This document shows positions 25,501 to 37,967 of a stretch of DNA of 64,000 nucleotides, in pieces (position 1 is the stretch's first letter; the number at the start of each line of letters is the position of its first letter). The stretch is from positions 1 through 64,000 of the forward strand of contig JAUCBJ010006774.1 of the NCBI GenBank assembly GCA_032718475.1, read 5' to 3'. The notes under the pieces were generated by a model. That model was not told where the DNA came from. It ran no database searches and saw only the letters and a program-made list of their open reading frames with translations. This stretch comes from Nemertoderma westbladi. Its lineage: Eukaryota > Animalia > Xenacoelomorpha. Made by a program: the position numbers and the translations under genes.

Positions 25501-25612
25501 TCTACCTTACTCTGCAAGTAGGCCATCCACGGTTCTACCTTACTCTGCAAGTAGGCCATCCACGGTTCTACCTTACTCTGCAAGTAGGCCATCCACGGTT
25601 CTACCTTACACT
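16528..25612. repeat. 33-bp minisatellite, about 275 near-identical copies (CTGCAAGTAGGCCATCCACGGTTCTACCTTACT)
   Basis: Seen directly. Variation is almost confined to two A/T positions, a 6-bp insertion near 16741 and a 2-bp insertion near 25346. Confidence 0.98.
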
Positions 25613-25688
25613 TTATGAACAACAACCAAGTAAATATGTTCCCGGCCAGGTAAATAAACACTAATAATAAAATCAGTTTACAGATATA

Positions 25689-25694
25689 TTTATT
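25689..25694 (-). promoter_or_regulatory. Candidate polyadenylation signal of NAA30
   Basis: AATAAA on the minus strand about 300 nt after the stop codon and about 80 nt before the 33-bp array. Confidence 0.4.
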
Positions 25695-25996
25695 TTAAAT
25701 TGAGAACTAATATTTAAAACATCAAAGAGCTTAAAATCAACACAAGTTGTTTCAGTTTAGTTTAATTATTGGTTGTAGAGAAATGTAATCAACAGAAGTT
25801 GTTTCAGTTTAGTTTCCTATTTCCTTAAACCGACGGACATTGAGCTAAAATATACAGCGTAAATAATGAGAGCGAGAGCACAAACAGACAGACAGTTGGT
25901 CGCCAACACAAACCTCTACATACTAGAACTGTAAGAATTAATTACTTTATATACAAAAGGAAACCAATTAGTTACTGTAAATAAATAGAAAGGCCC

Positions 25997-26962
25997 CTAA
26001 CGGAGCCACAACTTCAGTCTCAGTGCGTCCACCCCGTTCAGGTAGTACCGGAACAGTCGCTTGTCCCTCACGAACCCCAAATTCTCGTACAACCGCAGGG
26101 CGCCCTGGTTGGTGACCTCGGTCTCCAGGACGACCTCGTCGCATCCCCGACCTACCATCGCTGCGATCGCCCGCCGGACCAGCACCGAGGCGATCCCGTT
26201 CCGTCTGTAGTCCCGGTGGACCGCCAGCATCGCGATGTAACCCCGCCGCACCATCTGTTTGTGGTAGTCGAGTTTACAGACGATGGATCCGATGCAACTC
26301 CCGTTAACCGTCGCCAGGAAACAGAGTTGCGGCCAGTTGTGTATGAAGTATCTGTACGTATAGACGGAGTAAGGCTCAGAGAGGTCGTCCGTAATCAGTT
26401 TCATTATGTCCGGCATCTGGCGTTCCGAGGTGTAGTGTATGTATTCGATAACATCCCCGGAATGCGTTACAGACACAGCAGTTTCTATGGGAACGGAAGA
26501 ACAACCTACTGCGCTGTCGTCAGCCAACGAAAGAGTTTGTAATTCTCTTACGGCGTCATCCACTGATGCCCCGCCGGTTAAGGTGTTTAACGCTGGTTCG
26601 TAGGTTTCCCTAGCTCTTTGTCGAATAGTTCCCGGCAACGAATCGTATTGCTCTCTCTGTGGGGACCTCGTGCTTGTATGCTGGTGGGCTGTGTCGCGAT
26701 TGAGTCTGTTGCTTGGATCTTCGCAGTCTCGTGTTTTACAAGACGTTGGTGCGTTACCTGGGTTACTGCAAGAGATCTCGTGACATAGACACGGAGAATC
26801 TAAGTTATACGGGTTTACCGGTAGTTTTGATTCTTGATTTAGAAAAGTTGGATTAACGAATCCATTCCTCGGTTTAGGTGGTTGATTCGTTTGCGCGTAC
26901 AACATGGATTTAGGTCGAACGTCCAATGGAGTCGGCATATTTATTTCTTCATCGTCTGCCAT
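25997..26962 (-). CDS. NAA30: N-alpha-acetyltransferase 30 (NatC catalytic subunit, MAK3), single coding exon, 321 aa
   Basis: [25 protein letters not shown]...IVCKLD...[10 protein letters not shown]...RRNGIA...[45 protein letters not shown] is the NAA30 GNAT domain, preceded by a low-complexity N-terminal extension. Confidence 0.97.
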   Translation of the reverse strand: MADDEEINMPTPLDVRPKSMLYAQTNQPPKPRNGFVNPTFLNQESKLPVNPYNLDSPCLCHEISCSNPGNAPTSCKTRDCEDPSNRLNRDTAHQHTSTRSPQREQYDSLPGTIRQRARETYEPALNTLTGGASVDDAVRELQTLSLADDSAVGCSSVPIETAVSVTHSGDVIEYIHYTSERQMPDIMKLITDDLSEPYSVYTYRYFIHNWPQLCFLATVNGSCIGSIVCKLDYHKQMVRRGYIAMLAVHRDYRRNGIASVLVRRAIAAMVGRGCDEVVLETEVTNQGALRLYENLGFVRDKRLFRYYLNGVDALRLKLWLR

Positions 26963-27335
26963 TTAAAATAGTGAATATCAGACAGCAAAAACACAAACTT
27001 ACAGGACATTCCTATTTGCAGTTCACCGCATTACATGATATTACCGTAACCGGTACAAGAAGGTAGGCCTATTGCTGCCATGACATTCAGTTATTATTAC
27101 TGTCGTGTTGATTGACCGACAAATAACCTTTCTAAACTGTCTACAGGTTTGTTTGTTTAGTTTTTATAAAATATTCACCCATTAGATCAGTTAGTGTTCC
27201 TGGTGGCTTCTATGTAATTTAAATATTGTGTTTCGATTACTCAATGTTACTGTATATTAGTTGCCTTATTCGAATAGTAAACATATTAAAAATATCAATA
27301 TTGTTAATCTGCTGGTCCCCAGAAGAATCATGTAT

Positions 27336-28395
27336 GGCTAAATCTTTTCGACCTACGCGTAGGCCTACGCGTAGCTACGCGTAGTTCGCAACATTGGGTC
27401 ATATATCACCAGTTTCAGAGTTTTAACGCGTAGGTGCTACGCGTAGCTACGCGTAGGTCCTACGCGACCTACGCGTAGGTGCTACGTATAACTACGCGTA
27501 GGTGCTACCCCTAAACTATGGGTATACGACGTTTATCATTAGTAGGCCTACGTATACCAAGTGCTTCAGTACTAAAATAAGACAATACTGTGTATATTCA
27601 ATAAACAACCCACAACAACCATCAAATGCTTTCCACAGTAATGCATCCTATACCTGTATACTCTATATAGAGGCATACGCTAAGACTACATATTCTTCAC
27701 TTCATGTGTTGCGGGCGCTAAAATGTGTTAATAATCTTTAGAGTTCAAAAATAGTTTACAAAGGAAATTAGGCCGATGGTTCTTATCGATTCTCTATGCT
27801 TTTTATTGTCTTTGTTCACGATAGGGCAATGATATATTTAATATGTTAACCCCTTGACAAGGGAAGGGGGAGACTAAATTGTCTACCATGATTGGTTGCA
27901 CTTGTTATTTGACCAAACTATTGAATTATATGCAGTATTTATCAGCTTTCGATTAACCACTTCACCGGTAGATTGGTAGCTTACTACTGTGGAATATTTA
28001 AATAATCAAATGGAAACAAAGATACTTGAATCATGAGACGTGAATTTTATGTCTACTTTTTATTCATCCTGTGTTTGTATGTGAAAGAGCCGAATATTAT
28101 TTATTACCAGTGCTGTATGTAGAGATATGAGCTTCCGATTCGGTTATTCCATTTGTCTGATAATCAGATACCTGACATACCGATACTTGCCTAACAACTC
28201 AACCCTACCGGACCTGAAATGAAAAATCATTGTTATCAGGACTGCTACGCGTAACACCTACGCGTAGTTTCAAAATACCTACGCGTAGTTATAAAACACC
28301 TACGCGTAGTTGTTAAAAAGGCAGTAAGTCTGGCCCTACCGGTAAATGACAGGAATGGAAGTTACAAACTACGCGTAGGTCGAAAAGATTTACCC
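27336..28395. mobile_element. Non-autonomous TIR transposon with 8-bp TSD in the divergent intergenic region
   Basis: TIR GG(C/G)TAAATCTTTTCGACCTACGCGTAG at both ends; TSD TCATGTAT at 27328-27335 and 28396-28403; about a dozen subterminal CTACGCGTAG palindromes. Confidence 0.85.
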
Positions 28396-28754
28396 TCATG
28401 TATCTGTGGTTTATGTTATTGCCCTGCAACGGAAGCCACCCATTATGACAACTGCAATTACATTCCACAGTTTCATTCCAAACTACGCGTTTGACTATTT
28501 TTAATGAATCTCGACCTCTCGGCGCCGTCATCAGTATTAGTATTAATTTATTTATTATTTTATGACACTAACTAACAAATTATTTTGTGATCATAAATCT
28601 CTTTCTTCCTTGTGCTCTAATTATTTTACTATTATTAATACTTAATTTTACCGTATTTTATAAATATATATATAACTTTAATGTCAGTGCACTAGCTCCA
28701 AAATGTTTGGATATTAGAGTGTTTCAGAAAGTGTTTTTTTGTTTGCTTCCAGCC

Positions 28755-28918
28755 ATGTCTGGGAAAATGAAGCGTCAAGGAGGCAACGTGAGCGGTGATT
28801 CGCTGATGGTTTCAACCAATGAGAAGATCCTACGCGAGATCCACAATCTTTACGTTGATACCGATAAAGGCCTTGTACCCATTGCGGAGAGTCTCAAGAT
28901 AAAGCTCTTAGCCCCCAG
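28755..28918 (+). CDS. EHD/sarcalumenin-like dynamin-superfamily NTPase with 2 TM helices, coding exon 1
   Basis: GCCATG start; MSGKMKRQ...NEKILREIHNLYVDTDKGL...LLAP(R). Donor AG|GTGAAC, phase 2, matching the acceptor at 50820. Confidence 0.75.
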
Positions 28919-31900
28919 GTGAACCATGTTTATCATCATACTAGGGACATCCCGACATCCTACTAGGGACATCCCTACATCCTACTAGGGACATCCCTAC
29001 ATCCTACTAGGGACATCCCTACATCCTACTAGGGACATCGGTACATCCTACTAAGGACATCGCTACATCCTACTAGGGACATCCCTACATCCTACTAGGG
29101 ACATCCCTACATCCTACTAGGGACATCCCTACATCCTACTAGGGCCATCCCTACATCCTACTAGGGACATCCCTACATCCTACTAGGGCCATCCCTACAT
29201 CCTACTAGGGACATCCCGACATCCTACTAGGGACATCCCTACATCCTACTAGGGACATCGCTACATCCTACTAGGGACATCCCTACATCCTACTAGGGGC
29301 ATCGCTACATCCTTCTAGGGACATCCCTACATCCTACTAGGGGCATCGCTACATCCTACTAGGGGCATCGCTACATCCTACTAGGGACATCGCTACATCC
29401 TACTAGGGACATCCCTACATCCTACTAGGGACATCCCTACATCCTACTAGGGACATCCCTACATCCTACTAGGGACATCCCTACATCCTACTAGGGACAT
29501 CCCTACATCCTACTAGGGGCATCGCTACATCCTACTAGGGACATCCCTACATCCTACTAGGGACATCCCTACATCCTACTAGGGGCATCGCTACATCCTT
29601 CTAGGGACATCCCTACATCCTACTAGGGACATCCCTACACCCTACTAGGGACATCCCTACATCCTACTAGGGACATCCCTACATCCTACTAGGGACATCC
29701 CTACATCCTACTAGGGACATCCCTACATCCTACTAGGGACATCCCTACATCCTACTAGGGACATCCCTACACCCTACTAGGGACATCCCTACATCCTACT
29801 AGGGACATCCCTACATCCTACTAGGGACATCCCTACATCCTACTAGGGACATCCCTACATCCTACTAGGGACATCCCTACATCCTACTAGGGACATCCTA
29901 CTAGGGACATCCCTACATCCTACTAGGGACATCCCTACATCCTACTAGGGACATCCCTACATCCTACTAGGGACATCCCTACATCCTACTAGGGACATCC
30001 CTACATCCTACTAGGGGCATCGCTACATCCTACTAGGGACATCCCTACACCCTACTAGGGACATCCCTACATCCTACTAGGGACATCCCTACATCCTACT
30101 AGGGACATCCCTACATCCTACTAGGGACATCCCTACATCCTACTAGGGACATCCCTACATCCTACTAGGGACATCCCTACACCCTACTAGGGACATCGCT
30201 ACATCCTACTAGGGACATCCCTACATCCTACTAGTGACATCGCTACATCCTACTAGGGACATCCCTACATTCTACTAGGGACATCCCTACATCCTACTAG
30301 GGACATCCCTACATCCTACTAGGGACATCCTACTAGGGACATCCCTACATCCTACTAGGGACATCCCTACACCCTACTAGGGACATCGCTACATCCTACT
30401 AGGGACATCCCTACATCCTACTAGGGACATCCCTACATCCTACTAGGGACATCCCTACATCCTACTAGGGACATCCCTACATCCTACTAGGGACATCCCT
30501 ACATCCTACTAGGGACAGGACATCCCTACATCCTACTAGGGACAGGACATCCCTACATCCTACTAGGGGCATCGCTACATCCTTCTAGGGACATCCCTAC
30601 ATCCTACTAGGGACATCCCGACATCCTACTAGGGACATCCCGACATCCTACTATTGACATCGCTACATCCTACTAGGGACATCCCTACATCTACTAGGGA
30701 CATCGCTACATCCTACTAATGACATCCCTACACCCTACTAGGGACATCCCTACATCCTACTAGGGGCATCGCTACATCCTACTAGGGACATCCCTACATC
30801 CTACTAGGGACATCCCTACACCCTACTAGGGACATCCCGACATCCTACTAGGGACATCGCTACATCCTACTAGGGACATCCCTACACCCTACTAGGGACA
30901 TCCCTACATCCTACTAGGGACATCCCTACATCCTACTAGGGACATCCCGACATCCTACTAGGGACATCCCTACATCCTACTAGGGACATCCCTACATCCT
31001 ACTAGGGACATCCCGACATTCTACTAGGGACATCCCGACATCCTACTAGGGACATCCCTACATCCTACTAGGGACATCCCTACATCCTACTAGGGACATC
31101 CCTACATCCTACTAGGGACATCCCGACATCCTACTAGGGACATCCCTACATCCTACTAGGGACATCCCTACATCCTACTAGGGACATCGGTACATCCTAC
31201 TAAGGACATCGCTACATCCTACTAGGGACATCCCTACATCCTACTAGGGACATCCCTACATCCTACTAGGGACATCCCTACATCCTACTAGGGACATCCC
31301 TACATCCTACTAGGGCCATCCCTACATCCTACTAGGGACATCCCTACATCCTACTAGGGCCATCCCTACATCCTACTAGGGACATCCCGACATCCTACTA
31401 GGGACATCCCTACATCCTACTAGGGACATCGCTACATCCTACTAGGGACATCCCTACATCCTACTAGGGGCATCGCTACATCCTTCTAGGGACATCCCTA
31501 CATCCTACTAGGGGCATCGCTACATCCTACTAGGGGCATCGCTACATCCTACTAGGGACATCGCTACATCCTACTAGGGACATCCCTACATCCTACTAGG
31601 GACATCCCTACATCCTACTAGGGACATCCCTACATCCTACTAGGGACATCCCTACATCCTACTAGGGACATCCCTACATCCTACTAGGGGCATCGCTACA
31701 TCCTACTAGGGACATCCCTACATCCTACTAGGGACATCCCTACATCCTACTAGGGGCATCGCTACATCCTTCTAGGGACATCCCTACATCCTACTAGGGA
31801 CATCCCTACACCCTACTAGGGACATCCCTACATCCTACTAGGGACATCCCTACATCCTACTAGGGACATCCCTACATCCTACTAGGGACATCCCTACATC

Positions 31901-34900
31901 CTACTAGGGACATCCCTACATCCTACTAGGGACATCCCTACACCCTACTAGGGACATCCCTACATCCTACTAGGGACATCCCTACATCCTACTAGGGACA
32001 TCCCTACATCCTACTAGGGACATCCCTACATCCTACTAGGGACATCCCTACATCCTACTAGGGACATCCTACTAGGGACATCCCTACATCCTACTAGGGA
32101 CATCCCTACATCCTACTAGGGACATCCCTACATCCTACTAGGGACATCCCTACATCCTACTAGGGACATCCCTACATCCTACTAGGGGCATCGCTACATC
32201 CTACTAGGGACATCCCTACACCCTACTAGGGACATCCCTACATCCTACTAGGGACATCCCTACATCCTACTAGGGACATCCCTACATCCTACTAGGGACA
32301 TCCCTACATCCTACTAGGGACATCCCTACACCCTACTAGGGACATCCCTACATCCTACTAGGGACATCCCTACATCCTACTAGGGACATCCCTACACCCT
32401 ACTAGGGACATCCCTACACCCTACTAGGGACATCGCTACATCCTACTAGGGACATCCCTACATCCTACTAGTGACATCGCTACATCCTACTAGGGACATC
32501 CTAACATTCTACTAGGGACATCCCTACATCCTACTAGGGACATCCCTACATCCTACTAGGGACATCCTACTAGGGACATCCCTACATCCTACTAGGGACA
32601 TCCCTACACCCTACTAGGGACATCGCTACATCCTACTAGGGACATCCCTACATCCTACTAGGGACATCCCTACATCCTACTAGGGACATCCCTACATCCT
32701 ACTAGGGACATCCCTACATCCTACTAGGGACATCCCTACATCCTACTAGGGACAGGACATCCCTACATCCTACTAGGGACAGGACATCCCTACATCCTAC
32801 TAGGGGCATCGCTACATCCTTCTAGGGACATCCCTACATCCTACTAGGGACATCCCGACATCCTACTAGGGACATCCCGACATCCTACTATTGACATCGC
32901 TACATCCTACTAGGGACATCCCTACATCTACTAGGGACATCGCTACATCCTACTAATGACATCCCTACACCCTACTAGGGACATCCCTACATCCTACTAG
33001 GGGCATCGCTACATCCTACTAGGGACATCCCTACATCCTACTAGGGACATCCCTACACCCTACTAGGGACATCCCGACATCCTACTAGGGACATCGCTAC
33101 ATCCTACTAGGGACATCCCTACACCCTACTAGGGACATCCCTACATCCTACTAGGGACATCCCTACATCCTACTAGGGACATCCCTACATCCTACTAGGG
33201 ACATCCCGACATCCTACTAGGGACATCCCTACATCCTACTAGGGACATCCCTACATCCTACTAGGGACATCCCGACATCCTACTAGGGACATCCCGACAT
33301 CCTACTAGGGACATCCCGACATCCTACTAGGGACATCCCTACATCCTACTAGGGACATCCCGACATCCTACTAGGGACATCCCTACATCCTACTAGGGAC
33401 ATCCCTACATCCTACTAGGGACATCCCTACATCCTACTAGGGACATCCCGACATCCTACTAGGGACATCCCGACATCCTACTAGGGACATCCCTACATCC
33501 TACTAGGGACATCCCTACATCCTACTAGGGACATCGCTACATCCTACTAGGGACATCGCTACATCCTACTAGGGACATCGCTACATCCTACTAGGGACAT
33601 CCCTACATCCTACTAGGGACATCCCTACATCCTACTAGGGGCATCCCTACATCCTACTAGGGACATCGCTACATCCTACTAGGGACATCGCTACATCCTA
33701 CTAGGGACATCCCTACATCCTACTAGGGACATCCCTACATCCTACTAGGGACATCCCGAAATCCTACTAGGGCCATCCCTACATCCTACTAGGGACATTC
33801 CTACATCCTACTAGGGACATCCCTACATCCTACTAGGGGCATCGCCACATCCTTCTAGGGACATCCCTACATCCTACTAGGGGCATCGCTACATCCTACT
33901 AGGGACATCGCTACATCCTACTAGGGACATCCCTACACCCTACTAGGGACATCCCTACATCCTACTAGGGACATCCCTACATCCTACTAGGGATATTCCT
34001 ACATCCTACTAGGGACATCCCTACATCCTACTAGGGGCATCGCCACATCCTTCTAGGGACATCCCTACATCCTACTAGGGGCATCGCTACATCCTACTAG
34101 GGACATCGCTACATCCTACTAGGGACATCCCTACATCCTACTAGGGACATCCATACATCCTACTAGGGACATCCCTACATCCTACTAGGGACATCCCGAC
34201 ATCCTACTAGGGACATCCCTACATCCTACTAGGGACATCCCTACATCCTACTAGGGGCATCGCTACATCCTTCTAGGGACATCCCTACATCCTACTAGGG
34301 GCATCGCTACATCCTTCTAGGGACATCCCTACATCCTACTAGGGACATCCCTACATCCTACTAGGGGCATCGCTACATCCTACTAGGGACATCCCTACAT
34401 CCTACTAGGGACAGGACATCCCTACATCCTACTAGGGGCATCGCTACATCCTTCTAGGGACATCCCTACATCCTACTAGGGACATCCCGACATCCTACTA
34501 GGGACATCCCGACATCCTACTAGGGACATCGCTACATCCTACTAGGGACATCCCTACATCCTACTAGGGACATCCCTACACCCTACTAGGGACATCCCTA
34601 CATCCTACTAGGGGCATCGCTACATTCTTCTAGGGACATCCCTACATCCTACTAGGGGCATCGCTACATCCTTCTAGGGACATCCCTACATCCTACTAGG
34701 GACATCCCTACATCCTACTAGGGGCATCGCTACATCCTACTAGGGACATCCCTACATCCTACTAGGGACAGGACATCCCTACAGCCTACTAGGGACCTCC
34801 CTACATCCTACTAGGGGCATCGCTACATCCTTCTAGGGACATCCCTACATCCTACTAGGGGCATCGCTACATCCTTCTAGGGACATCCCTACATCCTACT

Positions 34901-35060
34901 AGGGACATCCCTACATCCTACTAGGGGCATCGCTACATCCTACTAGGGACATCCCTACACCCTACTAGGGACATCCCTACATCCTACTAGGGACATCCCT
35001 ACATCCTACTAGGGACATCCCTACATCCTACTAGGGACATCCCGACATCCTACTAGGGAC

Positions 35061-36643
35061 TAGGGATGTCCCGGAATTCCGTTCCGGCCGGAATTCCGGC
35101 GGTTTTTGCCCGATTCCGGTTCCGGCCGGAATTGCCGGAATGGGGTCAATTCCGGCCGGAATTTTACCGGAATTGCCAGGTTCCTAACTAGTTTGATAGT
35201 TGCACGTTTTGCACGTTGACACGCAGTGCTTTGCAGTTGCACGTTTGATATGTAACACAATTCCAAAAACATTTCACCTGGTAATCAAACTAAAATGGTC
35301 CCACCATATGTTACACCACCTACTGTAGTATTCATATACAATTCACAATAACCATCGTAATTTACATTAACTAATGAAATGCATCAATAGGCCCGTGCCC
35401 CACTGGTCAGAATGTCAAAAAATGCCTCCTTGCTCCATTGGTAACACAAGTCATAAGTCATTTGATAAAAAATATAAGATGCGTCTCACATTTACTGCAT
35501 ATTTATACCCAAAGTAACCAATCACAGGCATCTTGGCGGATATAACACATGAGTCATGTGTCAAAAGATGGAACATAGGTCGTAACTTACGATTTACCAG
35601 TAGAGATGCTCCCATTGAAACCAACGTATTCCAAAATTTATTCTGATTAAAACTTTATAAGACTTACCAGTGGAGCACGGTCCTTAAATAGTGGTTTTTC
35701 CAATTTGCTTTTTACAATTTGCTTATAAAATGACGTTTTTTAGATTGATCTTACAACATTTTGCATTGATTTTTACATTATTTTACATTGATTTTATATT
35801 ATTTTACTTTGAATTAATTATTAAATAATATGATAATATTATGATTGGTATTATCTCGTCCAACGTAACATTAGGATGACCCCTAAAGATTTACAGCTTA
35901 TTTCCATGGGGGTCCTTTATGTTACTTGGTTACAAATACAATATTACATAAATACAATTACTACTCTAACCTAAATCTAATATAAAACGTGATTACAATA
36001 CGTACAGGTCCTGCGAGTGGTCTTTAGTTCAGTTCTGCGTCGAAGGTGCTGCATAATATAGTAGTTTAATTTCTATTTACAGCAAATCCATTTCTTACCA
36101 TAAATCTATTTATTCCCAGCAATAATTAAACTGTAACATGTACTATTGGACTCGTTCATTGTTTTGGTTCGAATAACATGTCACTGTAACATGCTCCTTT
36201 CCCTTAAAGACACCAGGATATTGTACCAAAGGACGAACGGCGAAACCATAGGTTTTTGTTTAACGTAGGTTTTTAGGTATGAGTCTAAATGATAATAACC
36301 TAACTTTTGGCCAAAGTTATAGATTTTAGAAAAAAATTTTATTGAATTCCCTGTCGTTCAATGCCGAAGTACCATCCCGTCCCATTACGGCCCAGGCCAT
36401 TCTACACTCCACCTACTTTAATTCCCCCCAAGGTTCTGATTCCTCTCATTATCAAACTTAGTAGAAATTAAAAAAATTCATTTGTTTCACAAAAAATTGT
36501 AAAGTTTCATGGGTCATTTAGTGTATTTCATTAATTATAGAAAATTCCGGTTCCGGCCGGAATTCCGGCCGGAATATTCCGGCAAGTTGAATTCCGGTTC
36601 CGGTTTCGGCCGGAATCAAAATATCGATTCCGGGACATCCCTA
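35061..36643. mobile_element. Non-autonomous hAT element (1.58 kb) inserted in the 22-bp satellite
   Basis: TIR TAGGGATGTCCCGGAAT / ATTCCGGGACATCCCTA; 8-bp TSD CTAGGGAC at 35053-35060 and 36644-36651; subterminal CCGGAATTCCGG repeats. Confidence 0.92.
35865..36005 (-). mobile_element. Fragment of the CR1/L2-like LINE 3' UTR inside the hAT element
   Basis: Reverse complement of about 9690-9815 (gtatttgtaaccaagtaacataaaggacccc..tggaaataagctg). Confidence 0.75.
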
Positions 36644-37967
36644 CTAGGGACATCCCTACATCCTACTAGGGACATCCCTACACCCTACTAGGGACATCGC
36701 TACATCCTACTAGGGACATCGCTACATCCTACTAGGGACATCCCGACATCCTACTAGGGACATCCCTACATCCTACTAGGGACATCCCTACATCCTACTA
36801 GGGACATCCCGACATCCTACTAGGGACATCCCGACATCCTACTAGGGACATCCCTACATCCTACTAGGGACATCCCTACATCCTACTAGGGACATCCCTA
36901 CATCCTACTAGGGACATCCCTACATCCTACTAGGGACATCCCGACATCCTACTAGGGACATCCCGACATCCTACTAGGGACATCCCTACACCCTACTAGG
37001 GACATCGCTACATCCTACTAGGGACATCCCGACATCCTACTAGGGACATCCCGACATCCTACTAGGGACATCCCTACATCCTACTAGGGACATCCCTACA
37101 TCCTACTAGGGACATCCCTACATCCTACTAGGGACATCCCGACATCCTACTAGGGACATCCCGACATCCTACTAGGACATCCCGACATCCTACTAGGGAC
37201 ATCCCGACATCCTACTAGGGACATCCCGACATCCTACTAGGGACATCCCGACATCCTACTAGGGACATCCCGACATCCTACTAGGGACATCCCTACATTC
37301 TACTAGGGACATCCCTACATCCTACTAGGGACATCCCGACATCCTACTAGGGACATCCCGACATCCTACTAGGGACATCCCGACATCCTACTAGGGACAT
37401 CCCTACATCCTACTAGGGACATCCCTACATCCTACTAGGGACATCCCTACATCCTACTAGGGACATCCCTACATCCTACTAGGGACATCCCTACATCCTA
37501 CTAGGGACAGGACATCCCTACATCCTACTAGGGGCATCGCTACATCCTTCTAGGGACATCCCTACATCCTACTAGGGACATCCCGACATCCTACTAGGGA
37601 CATCCCTACATCCTACTAGGGACAGGACATCCCTACATCCTACTAGGGGCATCGCTACATCCTTCTAGGGACATCCCTACATCCTACTAGGGACATCCCG
37701 ACATCCTACTAGGGACATCCCGACAGCCTACTAGGGACATCCCGACATCCTACTAGGGACATCCCTACATCCTACTAGGGACATCCCTACATCCTACTAG
37801 GGACAGGACATCCCTACATCCTACTAGGGGCATCGCTACATCCTTCTAGGGACATCCCTACATCCTACTAGGGACATCCCGACATCCTACTAGGGACATC
37901 CCTACATCCTACTAGGCACATCCCTACATCCTACTAGGGACATCCCTACATCTACTAGGGACATCGC

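Noticed and set aside
16528-25612. CRISPR-like array, or a repeat protein (MAYLQSKVEPW)n on the minus strand
   Set aside because: Units are contiguous with no unique spacers and no cas genes; the minus-strand ORFs are broken repeatedly by the same TAG variant.
16371-25828. Kolobok-like element (TTAA-GGAAA...TTTCC-TTAA) enclosing the 33-bp array
   Set aside because: Only 5 bp of exact inverted match beyond TTAA, and the right end lies in the probable NAA30 3' UTR.
28587-28754. Hydrophobic signal-peptide-like N-terminus of ORF 28587-28922
   Set aside because: GTG start in AT-rich sequence; a good-context ATG lies at 28755.
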